DNA of 64,000 bases from Vicugna vicugna. Taxonomy: Eukaryota. The stretch lies in contig MU058213.1 in NCBI GenBank assembly GCA_013265495.1, positions 4,278,001 through 4,342,000 on the forward strand, in the 5' to 3' direction. Position 1 is the stretch's first letter. Each line of letters begins with the position of its first letter. Shown here in pieces: positions 53,455 to 64,000 of this stretch. The position numbers were made by a program, and so were the translations under genes. The notes under the pieces are model-generated. The model saw only the letters and a program-made list of their open reading frames with translations, did not search any database and was not told the origin of the DNA.

Positions 53455-54770
53455 TCTGGAAGTGCAGTAACATGGCTTTGGCTTCACTCCGAGTGAAATG
53501 GGAAACCATTGGAGAGATGGCATCTGACTTAATGTTTTAACAGGATCACCCTGGCTGCTGTGGAGAGAATAGGGTAGAAAGAAGAGACCAGTTAGCAGGC
53601 TATAGAACAATGTGAGCTTAAATGTTAGATGTACAAGGTAAAACTGATAGATTTTAGACCTCAACAACAGAAAGAATAGTTACCATCAATCGAGAATGGA
53701 GAAAACTGAAGAAGTAACAGTTTTTGTTTTGTTTTGTTTTAAGAAATAAGATTGGGAATCCACTTTTAGACATGTTAAATACCTATTAGACCTATCCAGG
53801 TGGAGATATCAGTGGATAATCAGATATTCTGGTCTGGGGTACTAGATAGAGATGTGAGCTGAAGATCCCAATCAGAAGTTGAATCCCTGAGTCAGAAAGT
53901 AAATGCATATATGTAGTTTTGTTAGATAGGGCTAAAGTCCCTACTGAAAAGAGTTGTGCCCAAGTTTTGCAATGTATAGGAATGGGTCACAGGCATTTTA
54001 GTGATGGGAAAAGGCTTATTAGTCACTAAGAATAGGTATTTCTTTTATAACAGTTTCATTGAGATATAATTCACATACCACACAGTTTGCACACTTAAAG
54101 TGTAAAATTCATGTGTGAAATGTCCAAAATAGGCAAATTTATAAAGATAGAAAAGTAGATAAGTAGTAACCTAGGCTGAGTTTTGGGGTGGTAGACTGTG
54201 GGGAAAGGGGTGTTACTGCTAATGAATATGGGTTTCTTGGAGGTGAGGTGTGATGAAAATGTTCTAAAATTGATAGTGACAATTTGATGTTTGCACAGCT
54301 GTGAATATACTAAAAACTATTGGATTATACACATCTGAGTATATGTGGAATTTAAAGCCATGGGATCAGAGTGAATGTTGATGAAGAAGAGATCAAAGGA
54401 CTATGTGTGTGCTTCAACATTTAGAAGTTAGGGTGATGAGCAAGAGAGACCTGAGAAGGCATATCCAGAAATACAGAAAGAAAACAGGGCAAGTGTGATG
54501 TCATGGAAGGCAAGTGAAGAGAGTGTTTCAAGAAGGAGGGGCTACTAGGTATTAAGTGCTGCTGATGGGTCAGTTAAGATGAGAATTAAGAATTGACCCT
54601 TTGATTTAACAGTTTCAAAAAGAGCAGTTGCAGTAGAATGGAGGGGACAAAAGTCTAGTGGGAGGGAGTTTGGGAGAGTGGAAGTAAAGAAATTAGAGAC
54701 AGCAAGTATAGACACTTTACCCAAGAATTTTGCTCTTAAAAGAAAGATAGAAAAGGGGTGTAGCTGTGTG
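53455..54770 (-). mobile_element. LINE-2 fragments interrupted by L1 pieces
   Basis: ggatcaccctggctgctgtggagagaatag; ttttagacatgttaa; ggaaggcaagtgaagagagtgtttcaagaaggaggg. Confidence 0.6.
54043..54332 (-). mobile_element. L1MB-type 3' end with 5' inversion
   Basis: 54043-54111 is the reverse of the terminal segment; 54112-54332 is the adjacent upstream segment in forward orientation. Confidence 0.6.
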
Positions 54771-54829
54771 GTGGTGGGGAGAGGGAAGTGTGTCAGAAGT
54801 AGTTTTAAATTTTTTATCTTCTTTAAGAT

Positions 54830-55420
54830 TGAGAACCATTTGGAAAAAGATAAAATTAAATTCATACCTCACATCATACAGAAAAATAAATTACAAATGG
54901 ACCAGAGAAGAATGAAACCATATGAATAAGAAAAGAAAACATGAATGAATTCTTCTGTAACCTGAGTATAAGGAAAGGTTTTCTGTAACTCAAAATCCAG
55001 ATGTAACAAAAGGAAAGACTGGTAAATGTGACTTCATAAAAATTTAAAGTAAGATTTGCATGGCAAAAATCATGACTATCATAGCCAAAAGATAGATGCA
55101 AAACTGGGAGAAAATATTTGCATTTCATATCACAGATGAAGGGCTAATGTCTCTCATATAAAGACCAGATAGAAAGAGGCTCAGTAGAAAATAAGTAAAA
55201 AACATGGACAGACAGTTCTCAAAAAAAAACCTATTAAAATGTCCTTTAAACATATGATAAAGTAATCACTCTCACTTACGATAAGAGAAATCCAAATTAA
55301 AACTTGCCCTGAGATGTCAGTTTTCACCTCTGAGATTAGTAGAAATTTAAAAGTACAGTCAAGTACTCTGTTAGTTGTAAGGAAGAAAGTATTTTCATAG
55401 TTTGTTGATGGTAATACAAC
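54830..55420 (+). mobile_element. Old LINE-1 ORF2 3' fragment
   Basis: aaactgggagaaaatatttgca...ataagagaaatccaaattaaaac. Confidence 0.55.
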
Positions 55421-56139
55421 TAGTATTTTGATACATTTGTACCCCAGGTTAGCACAGGGCAGCTCAAGAAGTGGCTTCCTTCCAGAGCAAGAGGGCAAGG
55501 GAAGAGAAGAGTTCATTATCCGAGGCACTTTAAGACATATATCTGACCACTTCAGTAGGTCCCTTTTTTTCTTTCCACAAATCCCCAAGGTTAGAAGAAG
55601 GTGGGAATTCCTACCGGTTTTCCTTTTTGGGCCTACCTTACTCAAATCTCAATGATCTCTCCCACCGAGGTTGGTTTTTGAGATGCTAAAGGTGAGTTAA
55701 AGAACACATACAGTTGTTTCCCAAGATAGTAGTGGGACTATGGCATGGGAAATCATGTTTTTGACTATAGGAAAGTGAATATTCACCAACTATGTCTTGT
55801 TATATTCCTTTGGTAGTAAGTCATGGTCTCTCTCAAGATCAGTGAGTTCATCAGGCATGTGAGATCAAAGGTCAGATAATTGGAGAGGCCCAAATTATTT
55901 CAATAATTAATTAAAATAATCCCCATCAGTTGTCGTTTGCATAAGTCATATGTTATATATATGTGCAGAGAGACAATATTTAGGTTGCTGATACCACAAG
56001 GAAAGCTTGCTAATCTGAACTCAAAAATGCCCTGATTACATGTCATCACATTCAGAACTATTTTGTTTGTGTTATTAGAACTGGAATAGAAGGTGATGTG
56101 ACAATTTATAATAATATAAATTAAATTAAAAAGTGAATT

Positions 56140-56790
56140 ATCTTGTTGGTGGGAATATAATATGGTACAGTTTGCTTTGGGAATCAGCATGGCTGTTCCT
56201 CAAAATATTATTCATAGAGTACCATTTGACCAGCAGTTCTGCTCCTAACTATATACTTGAGAGTTGAAAACATGTCCACTCAAAAACTTGTACGTGAGTA
56301 TTTATAACAGCATTATTCATAATAGACAAAAAGTAAAAGACAAGCCGAATGTCTGTCAGTTGATGAATGTAGAAGGTGTTATGTGTCTGTACAATGGAGA
56401 ATTAATTGACCATAAAAAAGAAGTAAAGTACTGATACATGCTACAACATGGATGAACCTTGAAAACATGGTAAATGGAAGTAGCAAGTCATAAAAAATCA
56501 CATATTCTATGACTCCATTATATGAAATGTCTAGAATAGGCAAATCTCTAAAGATAGAATGTAGATGGGTAATGAAATAGGCCAGGAGGGTTATAGGAAG
56601 AGTAGATTGAGGGAGGAAGGGAAGTGACTGTGATTGGGTATGGGTTTCTTGGGTGTTGTGTGATGAAAATGTTCTAAAATTGATAGTGATGATTTGATGG
56701 TTGCACAACTGTGAATATACTAAAAACTTTTGAATTGTACACTTTAAATATATGAATTTTGCAATATGTGAATTACATCTCAGTGAAGTT
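56140..56790 (+). mobile_element. L1MB-type LINE-1 3' end
   Basis: gtactgatacatgctacaacatggatgaaccttgaaaacat...tgtgaattacatctcagtgaag. Confidence 0.75.
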
Positions 56791-56869
56791 ATTGTAAAAG
56801 CAGTGAATGCTTAGTGACTAATAACTTTTTTCTCCATCACTAAGATGTCTGTGACCCATTCCTATATTT

Positions 56870-57960
56870 CACTGGTGAGAATGCAAATTGGGCCCAACTC
56901 TTTTAGAAGAGACTTTAGCAGTATCTAACAAAACTACACATGCATTTGCATTTTGACCTAAGATTCTACTTATGGAAATTTACCGCAAAGATTTGCCTGC
57001 AACAATATAAGAATACATATGGACAAGATTATTCATTGCAGCATTATTTGTAATTCTAAACTAGTAGAAACAACCTAAGTGTCAATACAGAGTAGAATGA
57101 TTAAATAAAAACTATGGTACATCCACACAAGGCATGTATATAAAAGAATGAAGAAACCTCTGTGAATTGCTATAGAGTGATTTCTAGGATTATGTGGTTA
57201 AATACCACAAGCAAAGTATAAATGAGCATTTGTACTAGACTGCCATATGTATGCCAAATGAAATGCAGGAAAGATAAACCAGAAACCACAGACACAGTGA
57301 GTAGGAACTGGGTGGAAAGAATGAGGGATGGAAGGGGGGATTAAAGGAATTTAAGAGGTTGTGACATTACTAAGTACACCTTTTTGTATGGTTCTGACTT
57401 TTGAAATTATTATGTTAATTCTTCACATGTTTCAAAAAAAAATCTATAAAGTTAGAGGGAAAAAAAAAACAAAGACCAAAATAGACTAAAACAGAGATAG
57501 ATGAACACAACTGATTTCAAATGAATTGCATAATTACATGTGGGTTGGCAGGGGGGCAAACTAACACAGATAACTTTTGAATGCAGTATTTGGACTGTAT
57601 GGCCTTAACATTGAAGACAAAAGGACCTCAAAAAATATAGAACTGTGGTTTTATAGGCTTTCCTTTTGGTGCAGAGCGATGGGTCAGCAAATCCAAAACA
57701 ACTTTCTTTGTATACCAGGATTGAGCAAATAGTAAATAAATATTTTATGGGTAATGGAAGCCAGATTTCTTAATGTTGGGGGAGTGAGTTTTAAGTATGC
57801 ACAGGGAGAAGGCTTGAAGGAAGAAATCTTGTAGTGTTCAGCTGGAATTTGTATTATCAATATAAACTTATCTTTCTTCCTTCTTTCTATCCATCCATCA
57901 GTCTGTCCATCTTTGGAAATAATTATAGATGAGACAAGTGTGTATGTGCATGAACGTATT
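56870..57960 (+). mobile_element. Old LINE-1 (L1MC-like) 3' fragments
   Basis: ctggtgagaatgcaaattgg...acaagattattcattgcagcattatttg. Confidence 0.45.
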
Positions 57961-59039
57961 TGTATGAATATATGTGTATATGTTTATATATTAATTTATT
58001 TCATATTCTTCTGTACCAACCCTTGCATGGATCTGCTTCCTAGATGATATTTAGTCAGTAATTTTATCATTGATTAAATTTGCTAGGTAATACATTACAA
58101 AAAATTCATTTAGAAGCTATCTTTGTTTTTATAGTTTGGCCATTTACAGAATGTATTTGTTAAATACATTTTCTAAAATATTAGACCTCTAGTTGCTTTA
58201 TTGTGAATAGTAGGGACCTCCTTAAAATATATTTAGTTTAATTTTATAAATGTTCTCCCAAGTTTTCCTTTAAGAAAAACGTTTGCAGTATTGATAAAAT
58301 GTTAGTAAAGTACTTACTGTCATAAGCATTTCTAAGATGTTCAAATGGAAAACAATATGTGTGTAACAATCTTTTTTGATTAATAGACTAAAGTCATTTT
58401 GACACTTAGATTTATGTACCAGCATGTAACTCGTGGCATGATCTATAATCAGGATATTGAATTGACTGTACTTCAATTTTTAAAAAGTCAGGATATGGAA
58501 ATAAAATATTGGTAGTCAAGATGCTTTTATCTCTATTTGACAAAATGTAGTCTACAGCAAGAATTGAAGCCGTATTGGAGTCATTGGATTTGCTACTGAA
58601 TCCCACATTTAAAATATATAATTAAATGTGTAAGTATAATCATACTCTTACACTTTATATGTAATCTTACTCCTATCCTTGGAGGAAAAAAATGTGTGAA
58701 TCATGGGTATTTTAATGGCTGTTAATAAATTATGTAATTGAATTTTCTTTTGGTGATTTCAAATTATTAGAATCTTAAAAATTTTGGATTACTCAGGTCT
58801 GCCTTACTTTATAACTTGTGTGAATATGTTGAGAAATAAAATATTCTAGTAACCTAAAATTAGTTTTTTGTTTGTCACTATTTAATATGAGGCAGTTCTA
58901 AGCATTTATGGCAGACTAATACATATAGTCAATTATGAGTAACAATTTTAATAAAAGTTTAGAATTAAGTTTTTAAAAAAGTTTTCTTTGCTTCTAAATT
59001 GAGGTCTCTATGTGTTATTTCTCACTAAAAGTAATCAGA

Positions 59040-60876
59040 GGTACTAGGAAAAAATGGCAGGTTTTGTATTTGAAGCAGGAAAGGTACAAGATAAGCCTGG
59101 AACATCTTGTTATAGCAGATAATAAGGAAGCTTCAAAGACTACTGGAGTCTTGTCTGAAAGACTCAAGGTCCAACTTGAAGAGCTTCCCCATGGGACAGT
59201 TTGAGCTTTAATAATATTTACCGTGGATTGAGACACAACATATATGTTTAAATATAGGAGTTCATAATAACTCTTAAACAAATGACTAGTCATACTGGTG
59301 GAGGATGCTAATAAACCATTTTTTTTAAGTGGAAAATGAAAGAATTAAGTGTTCATCCTGCCTTTCCTGTAAGAACTGTCTGCGTATTGGGCAACTAAGT
59401 AGTAGATGAGGGTGATGAGTTCTTTTTATAGAACTATTTCAGCTAACACATGGGAAAGGATTTATAAAATTAGAATATCATCATTTTGTAAGCGCTAATA
59501 AGTTAATAAATGTAAGAAATGAACTACCCATGAAGTAATCTTGCCCCTTCCAGAGTAAAGAATTGAACCTCAATTTGAATAAGCATCTAAATTCAACTAC
59601 TAACTTAATAGAAAATGCAGAAGAGGAAAATGTTAAATAACAGCAACACCTTGCTGGATATAATCAGAAAATCTGGACTGTGGGGAAGGCCACAAAGTAA
59701 CTAAAAATTTCTTTCCTCTCCTCCCAAAATCTCAGAGCACAAGTAGGAGGGGACACATTTAAAACTTTAAATTAATTAAAATTGAATAAAATAAATTCAG
59801 ACCCTCAGTAAGCAGTTAGCCATGTTTCAAGTGCTTGTCGGCAGCCACATGTGGCTAGTGGCTACCATATAGGACACTGCAGATATGGAGCATTTTCATT
59901 TTTGCAGAAAGTTCTGTTGGGTTGGTATGTTAATTTCTTAGGGCTTCCATAACAAACTACCACAAATTTGGTGGCTTAAAATAACAGAAATTTATTCCCT
60001 GACAGTTGGAGGCTGGAAGATCAAAATTAAGTTGTTGCTAGGGTGATACTCACTCTGAAGATTCTAGGGGTTTATCCTTCCTTGCCTTTTCCAGCCCTGA
60101 TGTTTTTGGTTTGTGGCAGCATACCTCCAGTCTCTGCCTCCATCATCACATAGCCTTTCTCCTGTGTCTCTATATGTCAGATTTCTCTCTCTTTTTAGGG
60201 ATACCAGTCATTGGATTTAGGGCCCACTCTGAAAATCCAGGATGATCTTAAGTTGAGTTCTTTAACTTTGTCATTTCTTCAAAGACCCTATTTCCAAATA
60301 AGGTCATTTGCAGGTACTCAGGTGTTAGGAATTGGACATAATTTTTTTGGGAGACACAATTTTAACCTACTACAATAGTGCTACTAAACATTACGAGGGA
60401 CCTAAGAGACAAATCAAACAGTTGCAATGTCTGGACTCTTTGGATTCTGATGCAAACAGATTGTAAAACTAAAAATTATGAGATGATTACACCTTTGAAT
60501 AATGGATGTCTGTATTAAAGAATTTTTGTTAACTCTTTTATATATGTGTAAGTATATATAAAACAATAATGTTGCAGTTATTTTTAAAGGAAGAGCCTTT
60601 GTCTTTTAGAAGTACAGCAGTATTTGCAGTTGAGATGAAATGATATATTGGAAATTCTTAAAAATAATGTAGGAATGAGGAAGTGGGTAGGGTATATAGA
60701 TCAGGGGCTGCAGGCTACAGCCTGTTTAGCTTGCAGCATGTTTTTGTAGATAAAGCTTTATTGGAACATAGCCACCCATTTATTTACATATGGCCTATAA
60801 CTGCTTTTGTGATATAGAGGCGGAATTGAGTAATTCAAATAGAGACCCATGCATGGATCTCAAAAAAATCTGAAAT

Positions 60877-60907
<31 letters not shown>

Positions 60908-61060
60908 CTAAAATATTTACTGTGTGGTATTTTACTGGAAAAGTTTGTTGATCCCTGCCTGGTATAGGTGAAACAAGGTGTGTGGTGAATTGATAATAGT
61001 TAAAGCTGTCTCTTTTTTGTATATGTTTGAAGATTTCCATAATGTTACATTTTCTAAAAA
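59040..61060 (+). mobile_element. L1MC4/5-like host with nested MER3-like (~59770-59920), MLT1 LTR (59926-60374, - strand) and MER58-like (60702-60957) insertions
   Basis: gcaggaaaggtacaagataagcctggaacatcttg; agccacatgtggctagtggctacc; taccacaaatttggtggcttaaaataacag; cagggg...tttattggaacatagccac...ccctg. Confidence 0.65.
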
Positions 61061-61837
61061 AATAGTTGACTATTTGTCTCACTTGAGAGAAAGAACTAAG
61101 CCTAAAAGGAAAGAGAAGCTTAAAGGAAGATATGAACATATTTTATTCTAGTAAAAAAATCCTATTACCTATAATATTTTATTTCTTCAAGGTCTGAAAT
61201 GAATATGGTGTAGAGTTGACAGTTGTTAAATCTGGCTGTTGGATACATGATGTATTATTTTGCATTTGTTGGTATGCTAAAACATTTTTAATTTAAAAAA
61301 GCCAAACTTTATTATGTTTTAAATCTAAGTTAAAATATGTAAAGGCAGACTACACATTTGGGAAAATATTTGCAATATAGTAACAACAGATTGAGAGCCT
61401 TAATACATACACATCCTTTATAAATTACCAGGAAAAAAATTTCCCTGTTAGAAATAGAAAAATTAGAAAAGGACATTTAAGGTATTTGCCAAAGAAAGGC
61501 AACTGGCCAAGGTACATAGGGTAATAATGGTTTAAAAAATAGAGACCGTAAGCAGAAAAGTTAATTTTAAAAAGTGGACACTCTTAAGATTGAAAAAAAA
61601 AATAGAGAACTATCTGTATATATAGAGAGAAAGTTGTTTATAGCTTTGTTTTTTGTGTGTATTTTGGCTAATCAGGTTGTTTTGAAAGTAATATTTTAGA
61701 GTAAGCTGAAGTTTAAGTTCAACAAATGGAAAAAGGGTAATCTGTTTTTGGTAATTGAGTTTATTGGTTAATTGTTAGAAATTTCTGTTCACAGATGTGT
61801 TTAACATCTTATATATACTGATTGTTGAAATGCTTAT

Positions 61838-62025
61838 CTAGAGGTTTTTACACTGTAGCACGTATCGAAATCACCTAGAGGGCTGGTTAAAACATAGACT
61901 GACCCCATCCCCAGAGTTTTTGATTTAATGAGTTTGGGATGGGGTGGAGGGTTGGCATTTCTAACAAGTTCCCCTGTGATCTGATACTTCTGTTTGAGGG
62001 ACCACACTTTGATAGCTGCTGTTCT
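61838..62025. mobile_element. MER5A-like hAT
   Basis: aatcacctagagggctggttaaaaca...gcatttctaacaagttccc...gggaccacactttga. Confidence 0.65.
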
Positions 62026-62654
62026 ATGAAGGATAGGAAAGAAAAGAAGAAAGAAAAGAAAAAGAAGGTATATGTATATAGCAACTAAGATGCCTTTCAT
62101 GCACAAGGAAGTTATTTTTATTTTTGTTTATGATCAGTTGAATATATATGAAAAAATATGCCTTTTTTTTTTTTTAAAGAGAATCATTTGGAACCTTAAG
62201 CTTTCTGTTTGTAACTTGCACAGCTTTTATTTAGGTCTAGATCTTTTTAACATAACTGAGCTTTTTGTAGATAATTGAGTAGCAGTGTTATTTAGGTAGA
62301 TGAGAATGACTTCAGAGTGGAAATAGAACAAATGATGTAAAGAAAAAGTATGACTCTGCTAATATAAAATTAAGCAGTCAAAACAAAACTACATTTTTAG
62401 GGAAACATTTGGTAAAATATTTTTAAAAGCAAGAGAATAATAAAAGCTAAATTCAATATTGTGGTTACCTCCCAAGGGAGCGTATATATAGAGTATATAC
62501 ATTCCATTATCCATTATTGGTCTGTACCTTACTTATATAAAATTTTTTTTTCACTATTCAGTAAGAATAAATACTAAAGCAAAATGCTCCATTTCCTTCA
62601 CAGAAAAAAAAAATCTTAAGAAGAGTAATGCTCTTAGTTGGGCCTGCCGGATAC

Positions 62655-62845
62655 CATAGGCCTGCACTATATGCTGGAATTTCTGCAGTGATGAAAATTT
62701 TTTTAGTCTGTGTCAGATGATGCTCGTAAGCACTTGAAATATGACTAGTGCAACTGAGAGAGTGATTTTTTAAATTTTAATTATTTAAAATTTATATTTA
62801 AATAGGCACAAGTGACTGGTGTCTACTATATTAGTGCAACTCTAG
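62655..62845. mobile_element. MER3/MER33-like hAT fragment
   Basis: ttctgcagtgatgaaaat...gcacttgaaatatgactagtgcaactgag. Confidence 0.5.
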
Positions 62846-63589
62846 GCAGTTTAGAACATTGTTTAGCCCTTGAGTTTTTAATCTATTAATAATTCTCTTA
62901 GAATGCAGTGTTTGGTTTGCTGGCATTTTGCTTAGGTCACTGATTTTTGACTATTATCTTGTGTGCTTTGACTCCTACTTCTGCTTCTTGTGTTCAGTGG
63001 TAGCAGTTTGATTTACTTTCTTGTGCCTTATATTCCTAAAGTTGAGTCTTCAGGATCAGAAGCTACTGGACTAAGATTTATTAATAATGTGGTAGTATTT
63101 TAGTCATAATTTTACTTGAAATTTTCATAGAATTGCTTTTTTAATGTCATAATTTTATTACTTGATTTTCTGTTGACATTATTTAAAATATTAATCCTAT
63201 TGACTTTTCTGAGCTTCAAACAAAATAATTTTTATTTTAGATAGTAACTTGAGTCATTCAGTAAGTATTGCTTGTTTGTTGTGAGCCATGCATTCTTGAG
63301 AATTGGGGAATAATAGAAGAAATAGACTCTGACTTATGGTATGAGCATACTTGGGAGTATATTTAGAAAGCAGAATGTGCCTGAGAGAAACACATTAAAT
63401 AGTTATATAATAGCTAGAAGAATAAGAGTCAGAAAGTATACAACTGGGAAATGTTTATATTTTTACTTTGTTATTTTGTCACTTGATAGTAATGGAGATT
63501 ATGCATCAAAGTTCTTAGCAGTGTTCCTATTATTGCGTAAATGTTGTGATTTCTTTTTTAATTTGCAAAATACATATTTCAGAAAGGAT

Positions 63590-64000
63590 TTGTACCTGTA
63601 ATATACAAAGAACTTACACAACCCAAAAAAAGACAACCTAATTTTAAAAAAATAAGGACGAAACTATCTAAACAGACACTACATCAAAGAAGATATGTGA
63701 ATAGCCAACAAGACTTGTAAACATGTTCAGTGTCATTAGCATTGTCAGAGAAATGCAAATTAAAATCATAATGAGATACACTGCACACCAATTAGAAAAT
63801 GACTAAGGTAAAACAACAGCAACAAATCATAATACCAAGTTTTGCTAAGTCTGTGGTGCAACTGGAATTCCCATTTCACTTTAAATGGAAATGAAAAATG
63901 ATCTAGGCACCTAGGGAAACAGTTTGGCATTTTCTTGTAAATTCAGAATACTCTTACCATATAACATTCCCACTCCTTGGAATTTATCCAAGAGAAAAAA
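63590..64000 (+). mobile_element. Old LINE-1 ORF2 3' fragment
   Basis: cagagaaatgcaaattaaaatcataatgagatac...ggaaacagtttggca. Confidence 0.65.

Overview
Mammalian genomic DNA, most likely a camelid (alpaca/llama/camel), judged from a Vic-1-like tRNA-derived SINE and the L1 3' ends. The window holds the 5' end of TCF12 (HEB, class I bHLH E-protein) on the + strand: a CpG-island promoter (~16.77-18.76 kb), non-coding exon 1 (ends 17602), exon 2 (18564-18660, ATG at 18586, [25 protein letters not shown]), exon 3 (19734-19806) and the first ~44 kb of the very large intron 3. No further TCF12 exon is recognisable. The rest is intergenic or intronic DNA rich in old and lineage-specific transposable elements (L1, L2, MIR, MaLR/ERVL LTRs, hAT MERs), microsatellites and one assembly gap. 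Most of the supplied ORF track is spurious. I found no convincing wholly new biological system. The best leads are regulatory: two uORFs in the TCF12 leader that a candidate alternative first exon would bypass, a possible intronic poly(A) site giving an AD1-only micro-protein, several motif-dense or palindromic candidate enhancers, candidate minus-strand exons of a divergent transcript, and some informative retrotransposon structures. Repeat subfamily names come from recalled consensus features and their boundaries are approximate.
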